This document shows positions 1 through 9,579 of a DNA stretch of 64,000 bases, piece by piece. Position numbers and translations under genes: made by a program. This stretch comes from Acidobacteriota bacterium (GTDB taxonomy: Bacteria > Acidobacteriota > Terriglobia > Terriglobales > Acidobacteriaceae). The first letter of the stretch is position 1. Every line of letters starts with the position of its first letter. The DNA is taken from contig JABCYV010000001.1 in the NCBI GenBank assembly GCA_013290025.1, forward strand, positions 545-64,544, in the 5' to 3' direction. The notes below the pieces were generated by a model, which worked only from the letters and a program-made list of their open reading frames with translations, searched no databases and was not told the DNA's origin.

Positions 1-417
1 GCCTCCCCGCACAGGCGGATCCAGAGGACCCAGCGGCGTCCGGCTGTCGAACCACCAGATCGACCACTGGCCGGTCTTGGCATCGAACGTTCGCACGGCT
101 ACGCCGCGATACGGAGCTCCCGGTACGTGGAGCACGGTGTCGTCGACGTTGCTGTACCCACCCATCAGAGGCTGGCTGTCTAACGTCCCGTCGAATTCAA
201 TCCAGTCGTGGCTGCCAGCGAGCCGTTCCTTCAACTTCCGATGATGAGCATTCCAATGGCCGACGAGGAAATCGAAGTCGTGGAGCCCCCCGACGGCGGT
301 TTCCATTGGACTCGTTACGGGCTCCGAACTTTGGGGGTTTTGCGCTGCCAATAGTTGGGGAGCGATCAGGCATAGACTGAGAAGTGCTATAGCAGAACTA
401 CGGCGAAAGTTTTCCAC
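1..417 (-). CDS. secreted hypothetical protein (DUF1579-like), 3' end cut by window edge
   Basis: Minus-strand frame is open from GTG at 417 to base 1. The N-terminus VENFRRSSAIALLSLCLIAPQLLAAQ looks like a signal peptide. The FDFLVGHWNAHHRKLKERL motif resembles DUF1579-type proteins. It is absent from the ORF track because it runs off the edge. Confidence 0.55.
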   Translation of the reverse strand, partial: MENFRRSSAIALLSLCLIAPQLLAAQNPQSSEPVTSPMETAVGGLHDFDFLVGHWNAHHRKLKERLAGSHDWIEFDGTLDSQPLMGGYSNVDDTVLHVPGAPYRGVAVRTFDAKTGQWSIWWFDSRTPLGPLDPPVRGG

Positions 418-582
418 GTTGTTCTCCTTACTTCGGGCCGGCCTAAACTGCGAACGGCCGGCCTAAATGTTGCAGCGAATTCCTTAGTGAGCAGGCCCGA
501 AGCTTGGGGTTTCGAATTTTCAAAACTTGCAACTCGGAATCATAGCAATTGCGGTGAGTGCAGGCCCGATTGCCTCGAACCA

Positions 583-1548
583 TTAGGTGACCTGACGCTC
601 GGAAATGCTTGTCATGTAATGCCGTCGCCATCTTCCCGGACTGACCCCGACGAGTTGATGGAATGTGCGCGTGAACGCCGCCTGGTCATTGAATCCCGAC
701 TGAATCGCGATGTCGATCAGCGACATGTTGGTCTGGCTCATCAGTTGTTTAGCGCGGTCAATGCGATGCTGCATCAACCATTGGTGAGTGGAGGTTCCGA
801 AAGAGGTTTTGAATGAGCGGGCAAAGTGGCTCACGGAAAGTCCGCATTCGCGTGCAACCTCGGAAAGCCGGATCCGGCCATGCATGTTCTCGTGAAGAAG
901 TTCCGACGCTCGTCGCTTCTGCCATGGCGCCAGACCTCCCTTTGAACGCCTTGCTGTTTTCCGGAGTACACCGTACTGCTGGAGAAGATGTGCTCCGAGG
1001 ATGAGGCTGAATTGATCGAGAGCCAGCACAGAGAGACGGTCGCTCCGCCCAAGGAACGGAAGGATGCTTTTGGTGATCTGGGCCACAACTGGATCGTCTT
1101 CGAGCACAACCAGGCGAAAGTCACGTACCCGGCCAAAACCGAGATCCTCGGCAATGTCATCTAGTCCCTTGCGAGGGAGAGAATAGTGAACGTAATCGAA
1201 GGCACTACCTGCCCAGCATCTTGGCTGTGAATCGAAATCAATGACATTGGAGCGAAACGGGTGAACGGTGGATGTGGCAATGAGCTTGTCTGCTGTCCAC
1301 ACCTGGTAGCTCGGTGATGGCAGAGACTTAAGGGAAATCGACACTAGCAGAGCGGGGACGGGCGATAGCTTTGTGATTCGGTCAGGAAGCCCCGCCGGCG
1401 ACTGGAGCCGGGTGATAGTAAAAGTCCCCGGAGTACGAAACTGCGATGGAACCGCGGACTTCCCGTCCAATTGAATGAACGTCGTGAAGGGAGTTTCAGG
1501 TAACGTCTGCGAAGTCTTATCTGCCTTTGGCGAAGCGTTCTTGTGCAT
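583..1548 (-). CDS. AraC family transcriptional regulator
   Basis: C-terminal AraC-type HTH (LSEVARECGLSVSHFARSFKTSFGTSTHQWLMQHRIDRAKQLM...FNDQAAFTRTFHQLVGVSPGRWR). I chose ATG 1548 (MHKNAS), preceded by GGAGGAGG, rather than the track start 1668, which overlaps the next gene. Confidence 0.85.
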   Translation of the reverse strand: MHKNASPKADKTSQTLPETPFTTFIQLDGKSAVPSQFRTPGTFTITRLQSPAGLPDRITKLSPVPALLVSISLKSLPSPSYQVWTADKLIATSTVHPFRSNVIDFDSQPRCWAGSAFDYVHYSLPRKGLDDIAEDLGFGRVRDFRLVVLEDDPVVAQITKSILPFLGRSDRLSVLALDQFSLILGAHLLQQYGVLRKTARRSKGGLAPWQKRRASELLHENMHGRIRLSEVARECGLSVSHFARSFKTSFGTSTHQWLMQHRIDRAKQLMSQTNMSLIDIAIQSGFNDQAAFTRTFHQLVGVSPGRWRRHYMTSISERQVT

Positions 1549-1636
1549 GGCGACCTCCTCCGCTGCGGTACGTGCATATGATGCCAGATTGGAAAAGTTG
1601 GCCTCATGAATTACTTTCGCGGTCAGCACATCGCAC

Positions 1637-2395
1637 TCATGTGGCAACAACGAGACCACCTGCGGCACGAATGACCTCTCCCGTGATCCAGGCTGATTCG
1701 TCTGACGCTAGGAACACCGCCAGCGGGGCGATATCCGTGACGCGACCGAGCCGGCCGAGCGGCGTCTTCCCTGCCAGAACGGCGCCCGCCCCACCCGCAA
1801 ACGTCCCCGCGGTTACGTTGCCTTCGGTTTCTGTATGGCCGGGAGCGATGGCGTTGACCCGGATCTTGCGCGGTGCAAGTTCGAGCGCCAATCCCTTTGT
1901 CAGTGTTTCGATGGCGCCTTTGGTGGAAGCGTACAGCAGGGCTCCCGCCACGGGATGCGAGCCCACAATGGAGCTGAGGTTGATGATGCTCCCGCCGTCG
2001 GCGCCGAACCGTTTGATCGCCTCCTGTACGGTGAGAATCGTCCCCAGAACGTTGATGTTGCAGTGGAGGTGAAAGCTCTCTTCGGTGATCTCCGCGATGG
2101 CGCCGAAGCGGAATACCCCGGCGTTGTTGACCAAAACGTCCAGTCTTCCGAACGCAGAATCCACTTCTTTGAATAACCGCGCGACATCTGCGACCTTGGA
2201 CACGTTGGCCCCGATCGCGACCGCCTCGCCTCCGCTGTCGATGATCGCCTGAGCGACGCGTTCGGCGCCTTTCCGGTCGGAGGAATAGTTCACGGCCACG
2301 CGCGCGCCCGCAGCTCCCAAGGCCGTTGCAATCCCAGCGCCTATGCCTTTGGACGCGCCCGTCACTATTGCCACTTTCTCAGATAGTCTGCTCAT
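1637..2395 (-). CDS. SDR family oxidoreductase
   Basis: TGASKGIG Rossmann motif, NNAG, and YASTKGA (YxxxK) catalytic motif; 252 aa. Confidence 0.9.
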   Translation of the reverse strand: MSRLSEKVAIVTGASKGIGAGIATALGAAGARVAVNYSSDRKGAERVAQAIIDSGGEAVAIGANVSKVADVARLFKEVDSAFGRLDVLVNNAGVFRFGAIAEITEESFHLHCNINVLGTILTVQEAIKRFGADGGSIINLSSIVGSHPVAGALLYASTKGAIETLTKGLALELAPRKIRVNAIAPGHTETEGNVTAGTFAGGAGAVLAGKTPLGRLGRVTDIAPLAVFLASDESAWITGEVIRAAGGLVVAT

Positions 2396-2604
2396 AATTC
2401 ACCATTGTTCTTGATCCGGCTCCCCGTACCCCCGAACATCCATCGCTGTGAATTGCGTCTCGCGCGTATGGAAATCTCGATTTATGCTCCCTATGATAAA
2501 GAGCGTTCTTAAACAGCGCGTCAATTCAATTTTGCATCCTGAACGAATCGTCGGCAACCCCGTGATTGGTGCAGCGTGTTGCCCTCTCTGCTCGGCAAGG
2601 TGAT

Positions 2605-2964
2605 CCAGATTCTGGTGGTGCAGTTTGATTGTCATCCTGGAGCAAGCGCTCTTTGCGCCGCGAAAGCCTGGCCTGAGCGTAGTCGAAGGCGATCTGGGCG
2701 AGCCGTGCGAAGCGTCGCGTCCTTTGCGACGCAATATCGCACGCTTGGATCGCTTCCTTGTCAAACTGCAGCAATACCCAGATTCTGGTGGGTGGTGCAG
2801 TTTGATTGTCATCCTGGAGCAAGCGCTCCTTGCGCCGCGAAAGCTGGGCCTGAGCGTAGTCGAAGGCGATCTGGGCGAGCCGTGCGAAGCGTCGCGTCCT
2901 TTGCGATGCAATATCGCACGCTTGGCTCGCCTCCTTGTCAAACTGCAGCAATACCCAGACTCTG
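2605..2964. repeat. tandem direct repeat, units of 173 and 177 bp plus the start of a third
   Basis: 2605-2777 and 2778-2954 are near-identical by direct reading (a few substitutions and one 4-nt indel). The unit restarts at 2955 (ccagac...). Confidence 0.85.
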
Positions 2965-3128
2965 TATGCTTTGCAACTTAAGTGTTCTTTGTGCAACCAC
3001 TAGCAAGTCCGCTAAGGACGGCTTAAGATGTCTGATCTCTGTTCCTGAGACAAAGCCAAGCGGTTCTGGCCCACGAACCAGCCGGGCCTTCGCAAACCGG
3101 TACGGCACTCGCCAGGCAGGAGATTACG

Positions 3129-3623
3129 ATGATGACGAACGAAAGCCCAACGCAAAATGTGCCTGACCAACTGCCCGCAGCAAATGGGCTGGCAATAGTT
3201 CGTGTCACGATCGGCGCAATGTTGGTCTGCGTCTTCTTCGAAAATCTGGGAAAAGGTCTCTACACTGCATCGGGCTACGCAGGCCTGATCAACGGTTACA
3301 TAAAGACGAGTCACTCGCCGGCCGCGTGGAAGGCAGTGATGGCTTTGGCGGCGAGTCACGCCGCGATGGCGGCTCCTATGCAGGCGCTGACCGAGATCTC
3401 TCTCGGGATCCTACTCATCGTCGGTCTGCTGACGCGGCCGGCCGCATTCGTGGCTTTTCTGTATCTCGGGAGCCTTTGGATATCTGAGTGGGGCACGGCG
3501 TGGATTTGGGAGCTGCTGGTTCCGGTGCTCGCATCGCTCGGGCTCGCGGTGGGGCGTGCTGGTCGAGCGTGGGGCCTTGACGCCTTGCTGGCACGGCGCT
3601 CGCCGTCCTCCCCATGGTGGTGA
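3129..3623 (+). CDS. DoxX/DoxD-like integral membrane protein
   Basis: 164 aa with about 4 hydrophobic helices. The pattern LAIVRVTIGAMLVCVFFENLGKG is like DoxX-family proteins. Confidence 0.6.
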   Translation: MMTNESPTQNVPDQLPAANGLAIVRVTIGAMLVCVFFENLGKGLYTASGYAGLINGYIKTSHSPAAWKAVMALAASHAAMAAPMQALTEISLGILLIVGLLTRPAAFVAFLYLGSLWISEWGTAWIWELLVPVLASLGLAVGRAGRAWGLDALLARRSPSSPWW

Positions 3624-3639
3624 CTTGAGCCAAAATCAA

Positions 3640-4347
3640 GTGCGAGTGTCGGTCGTCATTCCTACTCACAATGAAGCACAGTCCATCGGTCGCGTCTTGG
3701 CTGATCTCCCGGCCAATCTTGTCACTGAGGTCTTGGTTGTAGACAGCAATTCAACCGACGGAACTCCCGAGATCGCCTCAAAGATGGGAGCCCGCGTCCT
3801 GCACGAACCTCGTCGTGGATACGGTCGCGCCTGTTTGACCGGACTGGCTGGTGCAAGTAGCCCTGACGTTGTTGTGTTCCTCGACGGCGATTACAGCGAT
3901 CGGCCTTCTGAACTGCCGATTCTTTTAGCGCCAATCACTGACGGTCGCGCCGATATAACGCTCGGTTCGCGCCTGCAGGGGCGGCGTGCTGCTGGGGCAT
4001 TGCCTTGGCATCAGGTATTTGGGAATCGTCTCGCCGCCGCCTTGATTAAGGTGCTTTATGGTCTAAAAATTAGTGACCTCGGCCCATTTCGCGCTGGCCG
4101 CGCAGACGTGCTACGCGCGCTCGCACTCGAAGAGACCACCTATGGCTGGGCGGTTGAAATAATTCTCAAAGGTACGCTCGGGGGATTCCGCATCGTTGAA
4201 GTGCCGGTGAGCTATTATCCGCGCATTGGGAAATCGAAAATCAGCGGTACGCTGAAGGGCACAGTCGGAGCGGCGTGGTTCATCCTGAGTCTAATCGTGC
4301 GCTATTATTTTCGGCATCGAAGAGCCGGAATGCCACGGCCAGCGTGA
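3640..4347 (+). CDS. family 2 glycosyltransferase (DPM1-like; possibly the rSAM/selenodomain-associated transferase 2 type)
   Basis: VSVVIPTHNEAQSI, VVDSNSTDGT and FLDGDYSD motifs. GTG 3640 is in frame just after the DoxX stop; the track start 3556 would overlap the upstream gene. Confidence 0.85.
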   Translation: MRVSVVIPTHNEAQSIGRVLADLPANLVTEVLVVDSNSTDGTPEIASKMGARVLHEPRRGYGRACLTGLAGASSPDVVVFLDGDYSDRPSELPILLAPITDGRADITLGSRLQGRRAAGALPWHQVFGNRLAAALIKVLYGLKISDLGPFRAGRADVLRALALEETTYGWAVEIILKGTLGGFRIVEVPVSYYPRIGKSKISGTLKGTVGAAWFILSLIVRYYFRHRRAGMPRPA

Positions 4348-4367
4348 GTCTAGGCACAGCAAGGACG

Positions 4368-4404
4368 GGTGGCCCACTCAAGCCCGGTTTTGGCTTGAGT
4401 GGGG
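4368..4404. repeat. REP-like hairpin, copy 1
   Basis: GGTGGCCCACTCAAGCC-cggtttt-GGCTTGAGTGGGG, a perfect 12-bp stem. The same element occurs at 10353, 10869 and (inverted) 11161. Confidence 0.85.
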
Positions 4405-4595
4405 CGGTTCACATGTCACAGACTTAGTCCAACGAGCAAACTAGATTGTCCTCATGCCATGCGGACTAACGCGGTTTCACCAGAGCGGCCAGAGTCATTG
4501 CGTCACTTTCTGCTGCTACCATCGCCGTCGGTTATTTACCACGCATGCAAGCCGACGGTGGTGGCTCAATTTGAATTTTTCAGCTTATAGTGCGG

Positions 4596-4703
4596 GGTCA
4601 TCCTGAGTGCAGCCGTTTTTCAGGCGGAACGAAGGATCTCCCACTGGCCGTATCTATGGGAGATCCCTCACGCGGCTGAAGGACGCCGCGTTTCGAGATG
4701 ACG
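4596..4703. repeat. nested imperfect palindrome (about 108 bp, MITE/REP-like)
   Basis: Three tiers of inverted arms: GTCATC/GATGAC, CAGCCG/CGGCTG, and a perfect 10-bp GGATCTCCCA (4634-4643) / TGGGAGATCC (4657-4666). Confidence 0.5.
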
Positions 4704-4986
4704 GCGTCGAAGGAGAATAAGTTCAAACTGGGCCACTACCAAGCCAATGGGTTGAGATCGAGTCGGAATGGACGGCGCGAAAACGCGAACGAGCTGCGGG
4801 AAGACTTTGTCCAGCTGCAGAACTGCCCCACTCAAGTTGAGGCGTTTGCGCGGCGTCTGAGCCGCGCGCCGAAATCCCGAGCAAGTCGAGGGACCTCAGG
4901 CCAAAAACCAGGCTTGAATGGGCCACCTGTCAGGAATCGTCGCACTTCGCCGCAACGTACTGCACAGTCTATAATTGCGCGCACGG

Positions 4987-7158
4987 ATGGCGCTTACTCC
5001 TGGGACAAAACTCGGCCCCTATGAAATTCAGTCCCCGCTTGGCGCAGGCGGTATGGGTGAGGTGTATCGCGCCACCGATACGAAGCTCGGGCGCGACATC
5101 GCGCTTAAAGTGCTCCCCGCCGAGATGGCGGAGGATCCGGAGCGGCTCGCGCGCTTTCGCCGCGAGGCTAAGGCTCTTGCCCAACTCGACCATCCGAACA
5201 TCGTCACTATCCATTCGGTGGAGGAATGCGACGGCAGCCATTTTCTGACGATGCAGTTAGTAGATGGACTCCCACTGGACCGCGTGATTCCTCAAGGTGG
5301 ACTCCCAGTCGAGCAGATCGTCGAGATTGCCAGTGCACTGGCCGACGCGCTGGCCGCGGCGCACGAAAAAGGCATCGTGCATCGCGATTTGAAGCCTGCA
5401 AATGTCATGGTCTCGAGCGAGGGCCGCGTCAAGGTTCTGGACTTCGGGTTGGCAAAAGACGTTGGCGCGTCTGACCCCGCCGACGCCACGCTGACCTCAG
5501 ACCACCGCACGCAAGCGGGCATGGTGATGGGGACCCCTGCCTACATGTCTCCCGAACAGACCTCGGGCCGCCCGCTCGACCATCGCACCGATATTTTTTC
5601 TCTGGGCGTCGTTCTTCACGAGATGGCGACGGGACGTCGCCCCTTCGACGGCAGTTCTTCCGCTGAACTGGTTTCCGCGATTCTGCGGGATACCCCGCAG
5701 TCCGTCACAGAAGTTCGCCCCGATCTGCCCGGTGATCTGGCACGGATTGTGCGCCGCTGTCTGGAGAAGGATCCGCGCCACCGACTGCAGACGGCGCGCG
5801 ATGTCAGCAACGAATTCCGCGATCTGTCGCGGACAGCATCACGCTCCGCCGTGACACCGACAACGGCACAGCGTGCCTCCACAACCCCCGGTTCCGGCAT
5901 CACGCGAGCCGACGAGGGATTCTGGGTGGCGGTGCTGCCGTTCAAGTACACGGGTAGCAACGCGGACGTCGCCGCTTTGGCCGATGCACTGGCTGACGAA
6001 ATTATTACTGGCTTCTCGAAGTTTTCCTATCTCCGCGTCATCGCGCGCAGTTCCTCGTCGCGATATGCGGACCAGTCGGCGGACATTCGCGCCGCCGGCA
6101 AAGAGCTGAACGCGCGCTACGCAATGGAGGGGACGCTTCGTCAAGCTGGCAGCAGGTTGCGGCTCGCCGTGCAGCTTGTGGACGCGGTCTCGGGCGCTCA
6201 TCTCTGGGCAGAAAACTATGAACGCACTTTCAGCGCAGAAGACATTTTTGCGCTGCAAGACGATCTTGTCCCACGAATCGTCTCAACTGTCGCCGATCAG
6301 CGCGGCGTTTTGCCTCGCAGGATCAGCGAAGAGCTGCGCAGCAAGAACGAAGAGGACCTGACCCCGCATGAGGCAGTGCTTCGCTCCTTCAGTTTTCTGG
6401 AGCGCATCAGCCCTACGGAACATGCCACGGTGCGGCGCATCCTGGAGCGCGCTGTGGAGCAGGCTCCCGACCAGGCTGACGCCTGGGCGATGCTGGCCAT
6501 CATGTACGACACGGAGTTTGCCGACGAATTCAATCCCCGGCCCAATCCTCTCGAGCGCGCTATGGCTGCGGCACAACGCGCCGTGGATCTGGCCCCCACG
6601 CATGCCCTCGGCTACTACGCGCTGGCCTTCACCTACTTTTTCCGCAAGGAGATGAGTTCCTTTCGTGCGGCCGTGGAACAAGCCGTCACACTCAATCGAA
6701 TGGATGGATCGGTCATCGGCGTGCTCGGTCTGCTGGTGCACCACGCCGGCGAGATGGAGCGGGGTACGCAGATGGTCGAAGCTGCCATGCAGCTCAATCC
6801 ACACTATCCGCCAGTGCTCCGCGTCACTGCGTTTCTGAATGCCTATTTTCAAGGCAAGTACGCAGACGCGAATGAGATCGCGGTTCGCATCAACATGCCC
6901 GGCTTTTTTCACGCCGCGGCGGTGCGAGCCGCGGCGCTCGGTCAGCTCGGCCAGCGCGAAGCCGCGCAGCGAGCCGTTCAGGAATTGCTGGCCCTCCGCC
7001 CCGACATCGCCACCTCAGTGCACCGGGACTACGCCAAATGGTGGAACCCCGAGCAAGTCGAGCATCTGATCGAAGGCCTGCGCAAGGCGGGGCTCGAGAT
7101 TGCAGACGAGCAATCATCGCCGGTCGCCAAACCCGTGGCCGAGGCAATCCGGAAGTAA
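4987..7158 (+). CDS. serine/threonine protein kinase with C-terminal TPR-like region
   Basis: Hanks kinase motifs GAGGMGEVY, ALKVL, HRDLKPANVMV, DFGLA and GTPAYMSPE. A helical-repeat tail follows. ATG 4987 (MALTPGTKLGPYEI). Confidence 0.9.
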   Translation: MALTPGTKLGPYEIQSPLGAGGMGEVYRATDTKLGRDIALKVLPAEMAEDPERLARFRREAKALAQLDHPNIVTIHSVEECDGSHFLTMQLVDGLPLDRVIPQGGLPVEQIVEIASALADALAAAHEKGIVHRDLKPANVMVSSEGRVKVLDFGLAKDVGASDPADATLTSDHRTQAGMVMGTPAYMSPEQTSGRPLDHRTDIFSLGVVLHEMATGRRPFDGSSSAELVSAILRDTPQSVTEVRPDLPGDLARIVRRCLEKDPRHRLQTARDVSNEFRDLSRTASRSAVTPTTAQRASTTPGSGITRADEGFWVAVLPFKYTGSNADVAALADALADEIITGFSKFSYLRVIARSSSSRYADQSADIRAAGKELNARYAMEGTLRQAGSRLRLAVQLVDAVSGAHLWAENYERTFSAEDIFALQDDLVPRIVSTVADQRGVLPRRISEELRSKNEEDLTPHEAVLRSFSFLERISPTEHATVRRILERAVEQAPDQADAWAMLAIMYDTEFADEFNPRPNPLERAMAAAQRAVDLAPTHALGYYALAFTYFFRKEMSSFRAAVEQAVTLNRMDGSVIGVLGLLVHHAGEMERGTQMVEAAMQLNPHYPPVLRVTAFLNAYFQGKYADANEIAVRINMPGFFHAAAVRAAALGQLGQREAAQRAVQELLALRPDIATSVHRDYAKWWNPEQVEHLIEGLRKAGLEIADEQSSPVAKPVAEAIRK

Positions 7159-7227
7159 TGCCTCCGGATTGGTCACGATAAACGCGCTTGTGGGATTGAT
7201 CGACCGCGTCCCAAAAAGCAGTCTGCT

Positions 7228-7959
7228 ATGGAATCCTCGAGCAAGAACAAAGCCCATTCGCCCAACGAAGGTCGAACGCTTGTTGTTATGGCGAAAGCAC
7301 CCAGGCAGGGCATGGTCAAGACCCGTTTAGCTCTGAGTTTTCCCGTTGAAGCGGTCACCGAACTCTACCACTGCCTCTTGAACGACACATTGGCGCTGGC
7401 GCGCTCATTAAGCGATGTGGAAGTTGCCATCATGTGCCCGGACACCGACGTAAACGAACTGGAGCAATTGGCAGGCAGTGACGCGAGCGTAGTTGCGCAG
7501 AAAGGGGAGGGCCTTGCGGCAGGGCTGACCTCAGTGTTTGCACACTTCGCAGCCTATGGCCGGCAACGCGTCGTTGCCTTCAACAGCGACAGCCCGCATC
7601 TGCCGGCTTCGGTCCTTGGAAGCGCGTTCGAGGCGCTCACCGCGCACGACGTGGTTGTCGGACCGACACATGATGGCGGCTATTATCTCGTAGGGGCCAA
7701 GGCCGCCCATCCTACGCTTTTCGATGGCGACGGCCTGGGCACTAAGAGCGCACTTGAGGCCCTGCTGGCGAGAGCTCGCGGGTTGCAGCTTTCCGTTGGC
7801 TTCACGGATCCCTTCTACGACATCGACGTCGAGGACGACTTAACTCGCCTTGCCGCGGAACTGCGGCTCGATCCGGCGAGGGCGTCACGAACCGCGGTCT
7901 GGCTGAAACAGTGGGGGCAGGCGGTGCCACAGTTGCGGACGGGCACGGGAGACTTGTGA
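7228..7959 (+). CDS. DUF2064 family protein (CofC-like transferase 1, rSAM/selenodomain-associated type)
   Basis: LVVMAKAPRQGMVKTRL N-terminus and the DGGYYLVG motif are typical of DUF2064 as I recall the family. Confidence 0.75.
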   Translation: MESSSKNKAHSPNEGRTLVVMAKAPRQGMVKTRLALSFPVEAVTELYHCLLNDTLALARSLSDVEVAIMCPDTDVNELEQLAGSDASVVAQKGEGLAAGLTSVFAHFAAYGRQRVVAFNSDSPHLPASVLGSAFEALTAHDVVVGPTHDGGYYLVGAKAAHPTLFDGDGLGTKSALEALLARARGLQLSVGFTDPFYDIDVEDDLTRLAAELRLDPARASRTAVWLKQWGQAVPQLRTGTGDL

Positions 7960-9251
7960 AGCTCACGCCATGCCGCAGGCTGTACGGGTTCGGCGTGATC
8001 TTGCTCGTGGCACTGACGATCTGCTCGCGCAACTTCGGCGATCGGGGTGGGCCGTACTTCATGGCCTCGTTGACGATTGCTGGCATCGCCTACCTGTTGG
8101 CGATCCGTGAGTTTTTCGCTACTCGAAAATTTGCCCGGCGAGTTGTGGTCATTGGGCTCATCCTGGCTGCGGTGTGGCACATCGAATTTCTTCGGCTTCC
8201 CGCGGGCATCGATGACGACATTCACCGATATGTTTGGGATGGCCGCGTGCAGCGGCTCGGCTACAACCCTTATATTGTCGTTCCCAGCGACCCCGCGCTC
8301 AGCGGCTTGCACACGCCTGAGACCCGCACGCTGAACAACCCGGACCTGCCAAGCCCATATCCAGCGGGTGCTCAGCTTTTCTTCCGCGGCGTAACAGCGA
8401 TACATGAGTCTATCTTCGCGCTGAAAGTAGCGTTCGTACTCTGCGACTTGGTGATCGTTCTCGTCTTGCTCGATATCTTGCGTCGTAGTGGCCAAGGAGC
8501 GCACTGGGTTCTGGCTTATGCCTGGAACCCACTGCTGGCGACGGAAGTGGCGGGCAGCGGTCACATCGATATTGTCGGCGTGCTGCTGCTGTTAGTATCT
8601 TTCGCCGCGCTGGAACGGCGCTGGCGTGCGGTTGCAGCCCTGGCATTTGGGCTGGCTGCCGCAGTGAAATTGCTCCCCATTGTACTGCTGCCACTCTACT
8701 GGAGGCGTGTTCGCATGCGTGATGCTGCGCTGGCGGCAGTTGTGGTCGGACTCCTATACGTACCATTTCTCAACCACGGCCGCATTCCGATCGGCTCGCT
8801 CGGCACTTACGTGCAGAGTTTCCGCTTTAATGATCCAGTGTTTGCAACCCTCGAGCGCGTGGCGTCTCCGCAGCTTGTCGTTGGGCTGGCAGTTCTCGTC
8901 GGCTTTCTTACCGCAATCTGCCTAAGAAAGCTAAGCAAAGCTCCAGCATGGTCTCCGGACTCATTTGCATGGCCGATGGCAGCATCGCTTCTCTGTGCAC
9001 CGGTCGTATATCCATGGTACCTGCTCTGGCTGCTGCCGTTCCTGCGGTCAGCCTCGACGCTGCCGATCATCATCTGGACGGTGAGCATTATCCCAACTTA
9101 CTACGTGTGGCATCTGCGCACGCTTGGTCGTCCGTGGTTGGTTCCTGGCTGGATTATGCTGCTGGAATACGGATGCGTGGCGGTGGCCGGTGCGATTGTC
9201 GGGTTGCGGCGGTTCACACGACCGGGGGTAACCCGATGTTCAACGGACTAG
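7956..9251 (+). CDS. polytopic membrane glycosyltransferase-like protein (DUF2029/GT87-like)
   Basis: More than 8 predicted TM helices. The loop GYNPYIVVPSDPALSGLHTPETRTLNNPDLPSPYPAGAQLFF is typical of mannosyltransferase-like membrane GTs. GTG 7956 overlaps the upstream stop (GTGA). Confidence 0.65.
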   Translation: MKLTPCRRLYGFGVILLVALTICSRNFGDRGGPYFMASLTIAGIAYLLAIREFFATRKFARRVVVIGLILAAVWHIEFLRLPAGIDDDIHRYVWDGRVQRLGYNPYIVVPSDPALSGLHTPETRTLNNPDLPSPYPAGAQLFFRGVTAIHESIFALKVAFVLCDLVIVLVLLDILRRSGQGAHWVLAYAWNPLLATEVAGSGHIDIVGVLLLLVSFAALERRWRAVAALAFGLAAAVKLLPIVLLPLYWRRVRMRDAALAAVVVGLLYVPFLNHGRIPIGSLGTYVQSFRFNDPVFATLERVASPQLVVGLAVLVGFLTAICLRKLSKAPAWSPDSFAWPMAASLLCAPVVYPWYLLWLLPFLRSASTLPIIIWTVSIIPTYYVWHLRTLGRPWLVPGWIMLLEYGCVAVAGAIVGLRRFTRPGVTRCSTD

Positions 9252-9579
9252 ATGTCGTTTGCGACGACCGCATGAATATGTCGTGGTGCAGTTTCCGCTC
9301 TTCTCGGCGGCCCTTCTTTGCGTGCTTTGCGGTCAAAAGCTCTTAACCGCAAAGTGCGCGAAGGAATCGTGAGGGACGAAAAGAAAGCCAAAACTGCATC
9401 ACCGCCCATAAGCACGCGAGGACACGATCACTCGAGGTGTGCTGTATAATTCCCGGCCAACCGAACAATTGTAAGTGGCTGACGTGGGTGAAGGGTACTG
9501 TGCCTAGATGCCCTGTACCCCAAAGCTTCAGCTCGTCATCCAACACAGCATTCGTTCAATTCACCAAGGAGCGAACTCC

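Noticed and set aside
2399-3166. Four overlapping 118-196-aa ORFs across the tandem repeat; also considered a DGR template/variable repeat pair
   Set aside because: All frames are open because of composition and the repeat itself, so none can be chosen. The differences between copies are not adenine-specific, and no reverse transcriptase is nearby, so this is not a DGR.
7815-8564. 249-aa minus-strand ORF
   Set aside because: It is antisense to the DUF2064 and membrane-GT genes, which have clear family motifs and translational coupling.
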